Notes: generated by a model not told the origin, from the letters alone. Positions 33,067-44,827 are shown, counted from the first letter of the stretch. The stretch is 64,000 bases of DNA from an uncultured Methanosarcinaceae archaeon (GCA_963727895.1 CAVSHT010000005.1:96001-160000); one strand, 5' to 3'. A program made the numbers and translations.

Positions 33067-34803
33067 CAGAATACCTCCATTATTAACTTAACAAGTATTA
33101 TCAGCAGGCTCACACCAGCAACTACTGCAGTTGCGTAAGTCTGGACAACTCCTGTCTGAATTTTCCGGATTTCTTCACTTGCACCGACTGTAAGAATTTC
33201 GATTCCTTCCACGATGCTGTCAATAATCACATCAAGAACCTGCGAAAGGAAAGCAATGACTCCATATACGATTCCAAGTGAGAAAAACTCGGTATATATT
33301 TCATGCTGGTAATAGCGCTTGTAAAGCAGCCTGTAAATTGGATTTTTCATGGAAGCGAGCAGCCCGAGTTTAATAGTCCTCAGATAATAGATCACAAAAG
33401 CAACTGCAAGACCTGCAACGGCGACTATCATCGGAAGCCACTGGACAAAGAGAGATTCGTTTCCTGCTGCCTCTACAATCTCATTTCGACCTAAAGCTGC
33501 AAGGCTTCCGATGTCAAGATTCACGAAGCTGTTTGCAAATGTTTCTTTGACGAAATCCATAAATCCTGTTTTTGTCAATCCTCCAAACACAAGGGAAAAG
33601 ATTGCCAGAATGGAGAGAGGGATTGTCATAATGGCAGGAGACTCATGTCCATGATAGTTGCTTCTCGGCTTTCCTGTAAAGGTCATGAAAATTAACCTGA
33701 AGATATAAATTGAAGTAAGAAGTGCAGCCGCAATTGAAAACAGATAAGGAATCCAGTTGTTACTGTGTTCTCCAAAAAGATAGGCAGCCTCGATAATTGC
33801 ATCTTTTGAGAAGAAACCGCTTGTTCCTATAGCGGTTCCTGGTATTCCGAAACCTGCGAGGGCAAGGGCTGCAATTGCCATAGTAGCTGCCGTAATAGGC
33901 ATTACCTTTCCTACGTCTCCGAGCTCCCTCATGTCCTGGGTGCCAACTGCGTGGATTACACTGCCTGCACAGAGGAAAAGGAGTGCTTTAAAGAAAGCAT
34001 GGTTAATCAGGTGAAAAAGAAAAATCCCGACTGCTTCAAGCCCAATTGCAGAGCCTATTCCCAGACCAAGCATCATGTACCCAAGCTGACTTATGGTTGA
34101 GTAAGCAAGCACACGTTTGATATCGTTCATCACAATGCCCATTGTGCCTGCAAAAAGGGCAGTAAAACCTCCAATATAGGCAACTACCATAAGGATATCA
34201 GGTGCTGCCATAAACATAGGGTTTCAGGAGATCAGATATCAGTACAATGATTCCTGTAAGAAACATCACGTCTCCAACCCTGGTTGTCAGGAAAGCTTTT
34301 TTTGCAGCTGCTGCAGCTGATGGTCTTTCAAACCAGAAACCAATTAAGAGATAGGAACACAGACCTACAAGTTCCCAGGAAACAAAGAACTGAAGGATAT
34401 TGTCAGAAAGTACGAGGGAGAGCATTGCTGCTGTAAAAAGTGCCGTTTCTGCGAAATATCTGGGCTTTCCGGGATCATGGGACATATAACTGACTGCATA
34501 GATATGGATCAGAAAGCTAACAAAAGAGACCATTGAGAACATTACTGCAGCCAGAGGATCGATCAACACTCCAATATTAAAAACTGCAAACCAGGGATAG
34601 GATTGGCTTATAACCTCTTCGGGGTTTGCTAACAGCTTTAGAGTAATCAGTAAAGAAATTATGAAGGAAGCGGCAATTGAAAGTATAGGAACTATTGCTC
34701 CACCAGAAGGCATTTTTCGGCCAAAGAAGAAAGTGATTACAAAAGCCAGTGCAGGAAGCAGAGGAATTAGAAATGTAAATTCTTCCAGAGCCGTTTTTAA
34801 CAC
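33066..34803 (-). pseudogene. fpoL: F420H2 dehydrogenase subunit L with an internal deletion and frameshift
   Basis: Junction at ~34222 (SDLLK|PMFMAAPD). The conserved NuoL [20 protein letters not shown] segment is absent. Confidence 0.92.
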
Positions 34804-35099
34804 CTCAGAATATTGAGTTCATCAAGGTGGATTTTATCGTGCATTTTGTAGATTGCCATAAGGATTGCAAATCCTACCGCTGCTTCGGCAGCTGCAAGAG
34901 CAATTGAAAATATGGCAAAAACCTGTCCGTTCAGGGTGTCAGTATAACTTGAAAAAGCTACAAGGTTCAGGTTTGCAGAGTTGAGCATAAGCTCTATGCA
35001 CATAATCATCCTGATTCCGTTTTTATGTGTCATTACGCCGTAAAGTCCAATTGAAAAAAGCAGAACTGCAAGCCCAAGATAAAAATTTAAAGGAATCAT
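34797..35099 (-). CDS. fpoK: F420H2 dehydrogenase subunit K
   Basis: [12 protein letters not shown] and AAAEAAVG motifs. Confidence 0.92.
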   Translation of the reverse strand: MIPLNFYLGLAVLLFSIGLYGVMTHKNGIRMIMCIELMLNSANLNLVAFSSYTDTLNGQVFAIFSIALAAAEAAVGFAILMAIYKMHDKIHLDELNILRC

Positions 35100-35102
35100 C
35101 TG

Positions 35103-35348
35103 TTACCCTCCCCCTTTTGCCATGTAAATCGCTCCGATAAGCGATGCGAGCAGAACAATTGAAAGGACCTCAAAAGGCACTACGTAATGAGTAAAGATCA
35201 GCATGCCTATACCCTCTATATTACTCTGGTCAGCTGGGTTTTGAGGAAGTTCAGAAACTGTTTTCCAGGAAGTTCCAAAAGCCCCAATAACCACAACAAC
35301 TGTAAAGAGTAAAGCTACAAGAAAAGCTAAAGGCCGATTAATCCGCAT
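35103..35348 (-). CDS. fpoJ2: F420H2 dehydrogenase subunit J2
   Basis: IGMLIFTHYVVPFEVLSIVLLASLIGAI, the NuoJ C-terminal half. ATG at 35348. Confidence 0.85.
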   Translation of the reverse strand: MRINRPLAFLVALLFTVVVVIGAFGTSWKTVSELPQNPADQSNIEGIGMLIFTHYVVPFEVLSIVLLASLIGAIYMAKGGG

Positions 35349-35628
35349 CGAGTTCACCCCCAATCTCGCGCTTTGTAAGCATAACTGCAAAAAGAATCAA
35401 AACCCCAATTGCTCCGATGTAAACCAAAACCTGAATTATTCCCAGAAACTGGGCATTCAAGAGAATATATAAAGCTGCAACTCCAAGCATGCACATAATG
35501 AGAGACAGTCCGGCTCTGACAACATCCTTTGCAGCCACCACGAAAACTGCAAAGAATAGTGTAATTATAGCAAGAATTACAAAAACAGCCATTTCCAGAA
35601 CTGCTCCGATTGTTTCAAATCCGATCAT
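35338..35628 (-). CDS. fpoJ1: F420H2 dehydrogenase subunit J1
   Basis: LNAQFLGIIQVLVYIGAIGVLILFAVML, the NuoJ N-terminal half. Confidence 0.9.
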   Translation of the reverse strand: MIGFETIGAVLEMAVFVILAIITLFFAVFVVAAKDVVRAGLSLIMCMLGVAALYILLNAQFLGIIQVLVYIGAIGVLILFAVMLTKREIGGELDAD

Positions 35629-36035
35629 TTCTCGTCATCTTCTTCAAGACCGACTTCCCTTGCCAATTTATCAGGGGTCATGAGCAGGTCTTTGTGCTTC
35701 CATTTAACGAGACCTTTAGCGTATTCCTTGCCTCTTGAAAGCGCATCTGTTGGGCACTGGTCTATACAAAGCCCGCAGAAAAGGCAGTGTCCTATATCTA
35801 TCTCTGGGAACCATCGCTGTTTATCATTTCCCGGAGCAATCGGAGCTTTTACGATTTTTATTGCGGCGTTAGGACAGGTATTGGCGCAGATTCCACAGCC
35901 TATGCATTTCTTTTTATCAAGTATCTGAAGCCCTCTGAACCTGTCGGAAAGTTCGCTTGGTTTTTCCGGATACATCCTGGTTACAGGAGGTCTTTTGATG
36001 TTTCGAATTGCATATTTAATATTTTTAAGAACCAT
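35625..36035 (-). CDS. fpoI: F420H2 dehydrogenase subunit I
   Basis: Two CxxCxxCxxxCP motifs and RFRG. Confidence 0.93.
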   Translation of the reverse strand: MVLKNIKYAIRNIKRPPVTRMYPEKPSELSDRFRGLQILDKKKCIGCGICANTCPNAAIKIVKAPIAPGNDKQRWFPEIDIGHCLFCGLCIDQCPTDALSRGKEYAKGLVKWKHKDLLMTPDKLAREVGLEEDDEK

Positions 36036-36038
36036 AAT

Positions 36039-37079
36039 TCACGCCCCCAGGTAAAGTCCAATCCCCACAGCCCAGACAAGGTTTAAAAGAGCAAGAGGAA
36101 GCAATTTTTTCCAGCTAAGGTCAACAACCTGGTCAATCCTGAACCTCGGAACAGCCCATCTGAGCCCGATAATCACCATAAGTACAAAGATAGCTTTGAT
36201 AAGCAGGAAACCTGTTGGAGCAATAAGGCCAAGTACAGAATTATTTGCAACAAAGCCTGGCACGTTCCAACCGCCAAGGAAGAGAAGGGCTACAAGAAAA
36301 GAACCAAGGATCATGTGGATGTATTCAGCAAAGAAACCGAGCTCGAAACGCATTCCACAATATTCCGTTATCCACCCTGCGATCAATTCTTCTTCTGACT
36401 CGTTCTGGTCAAAAGGAAGTCTTCCCATATCAGCCATGAGTGCCACGGAGAATACAAAACATCCCAGAGGCTGCAAGAAAATATTCCAATGAAGACCCTG
36501 AGCACTCGAAATGTCTACTATATTAAGCAAACCTATCATAGCAGCTACACTTATTACTGTTATTCCGAGAGGTACTTCATACCCGACCATCCGGGCAAAG
36601 TTTCGAAAAGCCCCTTAAAGGGAATATTTATTGTTCGAACCGTAAGCCACCATGAAAATTCCAAAAATGGATAATGCAGATACAGCTTCGATGTAAAGAA
36701 CGCTGATGTCCATCTGGGTGACTGCAAGCGGATATTCGACTCCATTAATAAAGATTGCACCTACAGGAAAGGCAACAAGCATAAGAAAAACAGAACCAAG
36801 CATGAAAATGTTAGCATTATTAAAAAGTAAACTGTCAGCATTCAGTGGTTTCAGGTCTTCTTTAGTGAAAAGTTTGATTGCATCAGCTACAAGCTGCAGA
36901 AGCCCATATTTTCCTACTCGGCATGGCCCCATTCGGGTCTGGATGTCAGCAGAAAGCTTTCGTTCAAGCCAAACAGCTCCCATTGCTCCAATGAAAATAA
37001 TTCCAATTAGAAGAAGGCCGACAATTCCTCGGATCCAGGGAATTAAAGGAACTATAGACTCAGGAATTACTATTGCCAT
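36039..37079 (-). pseudogene. fpoH: F420H2 dehydrogenase subunit H with in-frame TAA
   Basis: WLERK...ADAIKLFTKED...NNKYSL*GAFRNFARMVGYE, with the stop at 36615-36617. Confidence 0.93.
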
Positions 37080-37084
37080 CAAAA

Positions 37085-38034
37085 TCACCTACCCTGTAAA
37101 ATACCTCACCGGCAGGAACTCTCATTACAGGCGTTCTCTTGCCATAAAAAGTATTTTCGGGGAAGAGAGGACCATTTGGGATCTGATCGAAGCATTGTTC
37201 CAGGATATAGATACTTTCCCTGATTTCGTTAATTCTGACCTGCACTCTTGCAAAACAGTCTCCTTCGGTTTCGGTACAGACTTTAAAGTCAAGGTCTTTA
37301 TATACCAGATAAGACTCATTTTTCTGGATATCGAAAGGAACACCGGTTGCACGCAAAGGAGGCCCTGAAATCCCAAGATTCTTTGCGTCAGCAGCGGTCA
37401 GGACACCAACTCCGACAGTTCTTTCTCTGTAGATCCGGTCAGTGTGGAACATTTCTTCAAAATCGTCAACTGATTTTTTGAGGTTGTTGAGGATAGGAAT
37501 TACTTTTTCTTTAAATCCGTCCGGAAGGTTGTCACGTACTCCTCCAAACTTGAGATAGCTGTGAGTAATTCTGGCTCCTGTAATCATATCGATGAGGCTC
37601 AGGACTTCTTCTCTTTCCCTTATCGTGTACATGAACATGGAAACAAAACCTATGAACTCTCCAAACTCATCCATACCCAGCAAGTGACTTTGAATTCTTG
37701 TAAGCTCCTCAAGAATAACCCTGATATATTGAGACCTCTCAGGCGGCTCGATACCAAGCAATTTCTCGGTACAGCCTACAAAACATTCTTCGTTTACAAG
37801 GGCTACAAGATAACAGATCCTGTCAACGATTGTGATTCCCTGAAGGTAAGTCTTGTTTTCCAGGATTTTTTCAATGCCTTTATGGATGAAACCCAATTCT
37901 ATGTCAGCATCTACGAATGTTTCTCCTTTTAACCTCAGGTTTAGCCTGAAAGGACCAGGCTGCATGGGATGCTGAGGACCCAGATGTACGATCATCTCAT
38001 TTGGTTCAAGTTGTTCTTCCATTTTCATCCTCAC
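37085..38034 (-). pseudogene. fpoD: F420H2 dehydrogenase subunit D, C-terminus deleted
   Basis: GPQHPMQPG, HKGIEK and DRICY motifs. After PAGEVFYRV the sequence jumps to the fpoH RBS, so the NuoD E.PRGE...DR tail is missing. Confidence 0.92.
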
Positions 38035-38506
38035 ACCAGATTTCTGGTTGTTTTATTCGGAAAAACCTTCGTAATCTTTCCTGAGGGGCCATTCTCCAAG
38101 CATATCTTCAGGAAGTATAAGTGGCTTAAGATTTGAGTGGTTTTTAAACAGAATTCCGTAAAGCTCGTAAGTTTCCCTTTCATACCAGTTTGCGTTCCAG
38201 TATACTGATACAATGGACTCAATTTCCGGTTTTCCCTAGGAAGTTTGGCCTTGAGCGTCAGGACTACAGGATGGTCATACGATGCGATATGATAAACCAC
38301 TTCGAGCTCATTCCTTTTTATGTAGTCCACCCCACAAACTGAGCAGAGATGATCGAATTGAAGGGAAGCCTTAGGTACTGGCAGACTTCTTTTGCCTTCT
38401 CTTTATCCACATATGCCTTTGCGCGGATATCGGATTCTGCGGCTACTTCGATAATTGATTCTGGAAACGTGTCTGACAATGACGTGAGAATTTCTGTGAC
38501 ATCCAT
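38031..38506 (-). pseudogene. fpoC: F420H2 dehydrogenase subunit C, two frameshifts
   Basis: Fragments FDHLCSVCGVDY, EVVYHIASYD and ANWYERETYELYGI...WPLRKDY lie in three frames. Confidence 0.92.
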
Positions 38507-38588
38507 AATTTTCCCTCGAATAACTCTAAAACTTCAGAGGAACCTCAGTAACCTTAACTCTAAAAACTTCGGAGAAGACCCAGTAACC

Positions 38589-39140
38589 TTAATACTCCGA
38601 GCCCAGGTCTTTTTTTGCTTTGATTTTTTCCTGTAGTTCTACAAATCCCTGAAGCATTGCTTCGGGTCTTGGAGGACATCCCAGAACGAAAACATCGATC
38701 GGAAAGATTTCATCAATGTTCTGAACTGTACTATATGACTCATAAAATGGACCGCCACTAATTGAACAGTCTCCAATAGCAATGACCCATTTCGGCGATG
38801 GCATCTGTTCCCATAGTCTCTTTAAAGCAGGGAGGTATTTTTTTGTCACATAGCCGCTGATGAGCATGACATCAGCCTGTCTGGGAGAGTTCCTGGGTAT
38901 GATCCCGAAACGATCAGTGTCGTAATGGACACATCCCATCGCAATCATTTCGACTCCACAGCAGCCCATTGGCTGAGTCATAAACCATAGAGGGTTTTTT
39001 CTACCCCAGTTAATAAAGTCCTGAACTTTAGTTTTCTTGAGAAAGTAACTGATTGCATTACTTGTTGTTGTGATAACTCCAGGAATTTCTTCCTCCATGG
39101 TTCCATCGGGATTACTCGTTTTTTTCTTTATTTCACCCAT
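38589..39140 (-). CDS. fpoB: F420H2 dehydrogenase subunit B
   Basis: GCCGVEM, SPRQAD, GDCSISGG and GCPPRPE motifs. Confidence 0.93.
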   Translation of the reverse strand: MGEIKKKTSNPDGTMEEEIPGVITTTSNAISYFLKKTKVQDFINWGRKNPLWFMTQPMGCCGVEMIAMGCVHYDTDRFGIIPRNSPRQADVMLISGYVTKKYLPALKRLWEQMPSPKWVIAIGDCSISGGPFYESYSTVQNIDEIFPIDVFVLGCPPRPEAMLQGFVELQEKIKAKKDLGSEY

Positions 39141-39502
39141 TTCAGAGCCTCCTTCCTCCAGAGATAAATGTACCCGAAAAGCAGTATCAAAATAAAAGCA
39201 AACATCTCAACCACTGCAATTAAGGTGATCCCATGTCCTCTGTAGACTGTAACCCATGGGTAAAGAAAAAGTACCTCAACATCAAAGAGCACAAAAGCAA
39301 TCGCATAAAGATAGTATTCAACATTGAACTGGATCCTTGCAGTTCCTGTGGGAACTGAGCCAGATTCATATGTCGTGTATTTGCCGGCTGCCTTGCTTCT
39401 CGGGCTCAGCAGCTTTACCATAAACATTGTCATTGGAGGCATGACAATTGCCACGATAAGGAATATTGCAACTGATATGTAGCTATCAATTATTCCAGGC
39501 AT
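39128..39502 (-). CDS. fpoA: F420H2 dehydrogenase subunit A
   Basis: YESGS and YYLYAIAFVLFDVEVLFLYPW motifs. Confidence 0.93.
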   Translation of the reverse strand: MPGIIDSYISVAIFLIVAIVMPPMTMFMVKLLSPRSKAAGKYTTYESGSVPTGTARIQFNVEYYLYAIAFVLFDVEVLFLYPWVTVYRGHGITLIAVVEMFAFILILLFGYIYLWRKEALKWVK

Positions 39503-39821
39503 TAATATCACCTATTAAGGTATAGCGACCTGAATCACAACATTAAATAACATCGATTGTAAGTTTTTGGACAAAAAAACTGTATCAGAACTACCTGTTT
39601 AAGAGCAAGCGCTTTTAATTTAGGTAAATGTGTCCTCTACAAATGCTTGAATCCACAGGTCCTTGTATTTCAACAAAAGATTCCTGTATGCAGGCATTTG
39701 CTTCTGAGTTCTGAAAATTCAGATTTTTCCCCCCAAATAGTACAACAAATTGCAAGAAGTTCTTGAGAACTCCTGCTTCGGCAGCATAGATCCAAATGAG
39801 TGAAATTAGTATAATTAATTG

Positions 39822-40560
39822 GGTATTGTTAACTAAACATAGTTAACTCTTTATTTCTGTATTTCATCAATAGAATAACCGAGTACTTTAGCATTTCAAG
39901 ACTTTTTTATAACACTTTGTCTTTCTTCTCAATCTTGCCAAAAAGTGCTTCAATATGCTGTTATATCCTTCAACAGTATACGTTTCTGCTTTTGATTGAG
40001 TATGAATCGTTTCAGGAAGAAACTCTGCATATGCTCTCCAGTGATCTGTCATCACTTCTCCAATCTCTTTTTTCTTCAATTTTTCCCAGAGTAGTTTTCC
40101 AGTTTCCGTTCCTCTGCTACCAAAAGAGCAGTTGATGAACTTTTTCCCAACTCTATCAACAGCAATCCAGATCCAGCAATATTTTTTTTGTTACCGATGT
40201 AAGTGTGCATCTCATCCATTTCAACAATAGATATCTCATTTTCACTTTTTAGGTCCTCTCACTCTTGACCAAATTTCTTTATCCATTTTTGGACAGAAAC
40301 ATGACTCACCCCTAAAACTCTTCCTATTGAACGAAAGCCCAATCCTTCAAGGTAAAATTGTAAAGCCTGTCTTTTAACAGAGGCGGAAAAAGCAGTTGAT
40401 TTTAGCTCTACTGTATAGTTATAGCCACAATCAGAGCATTTGTACCGTTAACGCCCGCCAACTATACCATTATTTTTGTGACTGGAACTATTACATTTTG
40501 GGCAGTTCATGAAGAAATATATGTTATAAGTATACATATCTATTTTTGTTTACCAATGCA
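39822..40560 (-). mobile_element. IS1-family element copy 5, inactive, in the fpo upstream region
   Basis: Terminal IRs present. Near-perfect DR ATTAATTG/ATTAATCG. Several stops and a 1-bp deletion. Confidence 0.93.
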
Positions 40561-41148
40561 ATTAATCGTTCTAGAAATTAGCCCCACAAATAAATAAAGG
40601 ATTATTTATAGTTATTTGCTAGATACTTAATATTATATAAATATTAAGTTTTAATAATTAAACTAACTTTTCTTAAAATATATATATGTCTAAAAAATCA
40701 GAGTAAAAGCAGTAGCTTGTTATGAAATTATACACAAAACATGAATCTGTTATTATTCTTATATTTTTTAACACCCAATAATATAAGTCTCCCATCATAT
40801 AACTGTAATTTAATAAGTGTAGATAATTATATATATAGTTTTATTGTTTCAAATTAAATAAAAAGTTTGTATATAGAATATAAATAATCGTGAAGAATCA
40901 AGAAAAAGAGATATGAAGTTTTTCAGGTAGTTAAAACATAAAAATAGTTATAAACTGAAATATCAGTAATAAACTAGTTATTATTACATATCAAAATTGT
41001 TTTTGAATAATAAATAAAAATTATTACTAGAATAATAGTTGCTTCATTAACGACAAAGAGAAAATTAAACTCCTGAATAATATACTGAGGTATACAGACC
41101 AATACATTATAATAAGTCTTTTCATCATAGAAAAGCTGGTGGAATCGT

Positions 41149-41310
41149 ATGAAGACTAACGATAACTGTGTAGGATGTGGTCAGTGTGTCTCCTTTTGCA
41201 AGAAAGAAGCAATCGAGGTAAAAGGAAAGGCAAGAGCCACTGATGCCTGCATAGACTGTGGGAGCTGTATTGCTTACTGTCCTGTAAAAGCCATAGAGGT
41301 GCCTGTATGA
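41149..41310 (+). CDS. Small 2[4Fe-4S] ferredoxin (53 aa, not in the ORF track)
   Basis: MKTNDNCVGCGQCVSFCKKEAI...CIDCGSCIAYCPVKAIEVPV. The stop overlaps the next ATG (ATGA). Confidence 0.92.
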   Translation: MKTNDNCVGCGQCVSFCKKEAIEVKGKARATDACIDCGSCIAYCPVKAIEVPV

Positions 41311-42584
41311 AAGCAATTGTAATTGGTGCGGGGCTTGGAGGGCTTTTAAGTGCATCCAAGCTTTCAAATGCAGGTTACCAGGTCGAAATCTTTGAAAGGC
41401 TTCCTATTACAGGAGGAAGGTTTACAAATCTCAGTTATAAAGGGTTCCAGCTTTCGAGCGGAGCTTTCCATATATTACCTCATGGGCCTTCGGGCCCTTT
41501 AGCCAAAATTCTCACGGAAGTGGGGGCTGATGTAGAGATTGTAAGGTCAGACTTAACAATCTTACGTGTGCCTCAAAAAAAGGACAGCTCGGATTACAAG
41601 AAAGGCTTCAAAGATATTTCTTTTACTAATTTTTCCTCACTGCTCTCTCACAAAGATCGCCTGAAGATTGCTCTTCTTGTAGTAAGTACGCGAAAGAACC
41701 GTCCGACAGAGAAAACTCTGGAAGCATGGATCAAGTCTCAATTTAATGATGAATGGCTTTTGAGATTTGCCGATTCTTTTTGTGGCTGGGCATTGAGCCT
41801 TAAAAGTAGCGAAGTTCCAGTAGAAGAAATATTTGAAATTATTGAAAACATGTATATATTTGGCGGCCCAGGTGTTCCTATGGGTGGGTGCAAAGGAATA
41901 ACTGATTCTCTGGAAAGTGTAATTGCTGCAAATGGCGGAAAAATTCATACTGAAACAGAGGTTTCAAAAATTCTTGTGGAAAACGGGAAAGCTGCTGGCG
42001 TAATTATTGGTGAAGAGGCCCATAAAGCAGACCTTGTGATCAGTAATTTAGGACATGCTGCAACTGCCTCTCTTTGTGGGGACGCCCTTTCAGACGAGAA
42101 AGCTCTGGAATATCTAAGAAAAATTAAAACCCTGAAACCTTCTGCTGGAATAAAGATTTGTCTTGCTGCAGATGAACCACTTGTAGGGAATTCAGGCGTC
42201 CTCCTAACTCCATATACAAAAAGAGTAAATGGGATAAACGAGGTTACGCAGGTTGACCCGGGACTTGCTCCACCTGGCAAACATCTTACAATGTCTCACC
42301 AGTATGTAGCCCCCGAGAATGTGAAAAATCTTGAGGCTGAAATTGAACTGGGACTCCAGGACCTTAAAGATATTTTTCCCAACAAAAAATACGAAGTTCT
42401 GCTCATCCAATCATACCATGACAGTTGGCCTGTAAACAGGGCTGCTTCAGGTACAGATCCTGGTAATGAGACTCCAATTCCCGGACTTTATGTTGTAGGT
42501 GACGGAGCTAAAGGAAAAGGCGGTATTGAAGTCGAAGGAATTGCTCTCGGAGTAACTGCAACTATGAAGAAAATCCTAGACTGA
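41307..42584 (+). CDS. Phytoene-desaturase-like flavoprotein (probable MA1492-type geranylgeranyl reductase)
   Basis: GAGLGG Rossmann fold, FERLPITGGRF and GLYVVGDGAK. Position next to cofG matches recalled Methanosarcina synteny. Confidence 0.8.
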   Translation: MKAIVIGAGLGGLLSASKLSNAGYQVEIFERLPITGGRFTNLSYKGFQLSSGAFHILPHGPSGPLAKILTEVGADVEIVRSDLTILRVPQKKDSSDYKKGFKDISFTNFSSLLSHKDRLKIALLVVSTRKNRPTEKTLEAWIKSQFNDEWLLRFADSFCGWALSLKSSEVPVEEIFEIIENMYIFGGPGVPMGGCKGITDSLESVIAANGGKIHTETEVSKILVENGKAAGVIIGEEAHKADLVISNLGHAATASLCGDALSDEKALEYLRKIKTLKPSAGIKICLAADEPLVGNSGVLLTPYTKRVNGINEVTQVDPGLAPPGKHLTMSHQYVAPENVKNLEAEIELGLQDLKDIFPNKKYEVLLIQSYHDSWPVNRAASGTDPGNETPIPGLYVVGDGAKGKGGIEVEGIALGVTATMKKILD

Positions 42585-42608
42585 AATTTCAGAAAACAAA
42601 CCCAGCAG

Positions 42609-43616
42609 GTGTTTTACATTCAGGAAAATCCCAAATTTGTGACCTATTCAAAAAACGTTTTCATTCCTTTAACCAATATTTGCAGGAATCGCTGCGGTTA
42701 CTGCGGTTTTCGGCGGGATCCCGGACAACCGGGAGCCAGGCTTATGAAACCAGAAGAAATTCTTCCTGTACTTGAAAACGGAGTGAAAGCAGGGTGTATT
42801 GAAGCCCTTTTCACCTTTGGAGAGTATCCAGAGGAAATTTCGGAGTACAGGGAATGGCTTAAGGAACTTGGTTATTCTTCCACTCTTGAATACCTCCTTT
42901 TTCTCTGTGAAACTGCAATCGATCTTGGAATTATTCCTCATACGAATGCAGGAATTATGACACGCTCGGAACTGAAGGCTTTAAAGCCTTTGAATGCGAG
43001 CATGGGGCTAATGCTTGAGAGCACAGCAATCCTGGATGCCCATAAGGACTGTCCTGGAAAATTTCCAGAACTCAGGCTTAATACTATTAGGGAAGCTGGA
43101 AAGCTCCAGATTCCTTATACTACCGGCCTCCTTATAGGAATTGGGGAGAATAGAAAAGATAGAATAGAGTCTCTTGAAGCAATTGCGGATCTTCATAGAG
43201 AATACGGACATATTCAGGAAGTTATCATCCAGAATTTTGCCCCAAAATCTGGAACACCCATGGAAAACTTTCCTGTGCCCTCAATAGAAGAAATGACTGA
43301 TACTATATGTCTGGCCAGACAGGTTCTTCCTTCTGACATAGCGGTACAGGTTGCCCCAAATCTCATAGACCCTAAAGCCCTTATTTCAAAAGGAGTGACT
43401 GACCTTGGAGGCATATCTCCGCTGACAATTGATTGGATTAATCCTGAAGCCGAATGGCCTGATGTAAAAGATCTGCAGGATAAACTGAAGCCTATTTTGC
43501 TCAGGGAACGCCTGCCAATTTACCCTCAATATGTAAAAAAAGAATGGTATTCAAACAGGATAAGTGGACTTATAGAACAACTCTCAGATACCGATGGTTA
43601 CAGAAAAAAACCCTGA
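42609..43616 (+). CDS. cofG: FO synthase subunit 1
   Basis: VTYSKNVFIPLTNICRNRCGYCGF, PHTNAG, SMGLMLE and DLGGISP motifs. Confidence 0.95.
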   Translation: MFYIQENPKFVTYSKNVFIPLTNICRNRCGYCGFRRDPGQPGARLMKPEEILPVLENGVKAGCIEALFTFGEYPEEISEYREWLKELGYSSTLEYLLFLCETAIDLGIIPHTNAGIMTRSELKALKPLNASMGLMLESTAILDAHKDCPGKFPELRLNTIREAGKLQIPYTTGLLIGIGENRKDRIESLEAIADLHREYGHIQEVIIQNFAPKSGTPMENFPVPSIEEMTDTICLARQVLPSDIAVQVAPNLIDPKALISKGVTDLGGISPLTIDWINPEAEWPDVKDLQDKLKPILLRERLPIYPQYVKKEWYSNRISGLIEQLSDTDGYRKKP

Positions 43617-43640
43617 CAGGGCATGAGGAGTAATTGAAAA

Positions 43641-44771
43641 ATGAACACTGAGATTCCAGAAGATCTTATAGAACGCGCATACAAAGGCAAGACCACAAAA
43701 GAAGATGGGCTCCTGCTCATGGAGGTGTCTCCTTTTGAACTCTTTAGATTTGCAGATGAACTCCGCAATCTTGCAACAGGAGATACGGTTACTTACGTGA
43801 TAAACAGGAATATTAATTTTACCAGCCAGTGTCTGGGGACATGTGGTTTTTGCGCATTCAGAACAAATAAGGGTAAGGTTCTCAGCCTTGAGGAAATTTT
43901 GGGAAAGGTAAGAGAAGCAGCACAGGCAAATGCTACTGAGGTATGTATCCAGGGTGGGCTTCTTCCTAATGTCGGTCTGGATTTTTATCTTGGGATTACA
44001 GAGGCTATAAAAGCCGAGTTTCCTGAAATGCATATTCATTCTTTTTCACCAATGGAAGTATATCATGCGGCTCATGTCAGTGAAATTCCTGTAAAAGAAG
44101 CCCTTATAAAGCTTAAAATAAGTGGACTCTATACTATGCCAGGTACTGCAGCTGAAATCCTCTCAGATAGGGTGCGGGAGATTATTTGTCCATTTAAATT
44201 AAAGACATCGGAATGGATTGACGTAGTCAGCCAGGCACATTCCGTAGGCATTCCGACAACTGCGACAATGATGTACGGGCATATTGAGACTCTGGAAGAA
44301 AGAATAGATCACATATTGATTATCAGGGAAATTCAGAAAGAAACAGGTGGAATTACGGAATTTGTACCACTTCCTTTTATGCCTTATAATAATCCGATAG
44401 GAGAAAAAATGATTAAAGAAGGCAAATATGCCACTCCTGGGATTGAAGATCTGAAAAATTATGCAATTTCTCGAATTCTTCTTCATGGATATGTAGACAA
44501 TATTCAGGCAAGCTGGGTGAAGTTAGGGAAAAAACTTGCCCAATTTGCTCTCCATTGCGGGGCTAATGATCTTGGAGGCACTCTTATGGAAGAAAGCATT
44601 TCCAGATCTGCTGGAGCTTCAAATGGAGAAGTTATATCTGTAGAAGAACTTGAATGGATGATCTACGGAGCTGGAAGAGTTCCAAAAGAGAGGACAACTC
44701 TTTACAGTGGAGTTCATGAATTGACTTCCGGAAACTCTGACAGAATTACCGGATGTGGAGCATCAGAATAA
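43641..44771 (+). CDS. cofH: FO synthase subunit 2, copy 1
   Basis: VTYVINRNINFT.QCLGTCGFCAF, PGTAAEIL, NIQASWVKLG and GANDLGGTLMEE motifs. Confidence 0.93.
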   Translation: MNTEIPEDLIERAYKGKTTKEDGLLLMEVSPFELFRFADELRNLATGDTVTYVINRNINFTSQCLGTCGFCAFRTNKGKVLSLEEILGKVREAAQANATEVCIQGGLLPNVGLDFYLGITEAIKAEFPEMHIHSFSPMEVYHAAHVSEIPVKEALIKLKISGLYTMPGTAAEILSDRVREIICPFKLKTSEWIDVVSQAHSVGIPTTATMMYGHIETLEERIDHILIIREIQKETGGITEFVPLPFMPYNNPIGEKMIKEGKYATPGIEDLKNYAISRILLHGYVDNIQASWVKLGKKLAQFALHCGANDLGGTLMEESISRSAGASNGEVISVEELEWMIYGAGRVPKERTTLYSGVHELTSGNSDRITGCGASE

Positions 44772-44827
44772 ACTGAACAATCAAGTAACAGTCAGGGAAA
44801 TTATGGAATATTAAAAAGGATGATCGG

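Noticed and set aside
29743..39502. fpo lesions as long-read sequencing errors
   Set aside because: They include a nonsense substitution and two large deletions, and the adjacent cof/GGR genes are error-free. Individual homopolymer frameshifts remain unverified.
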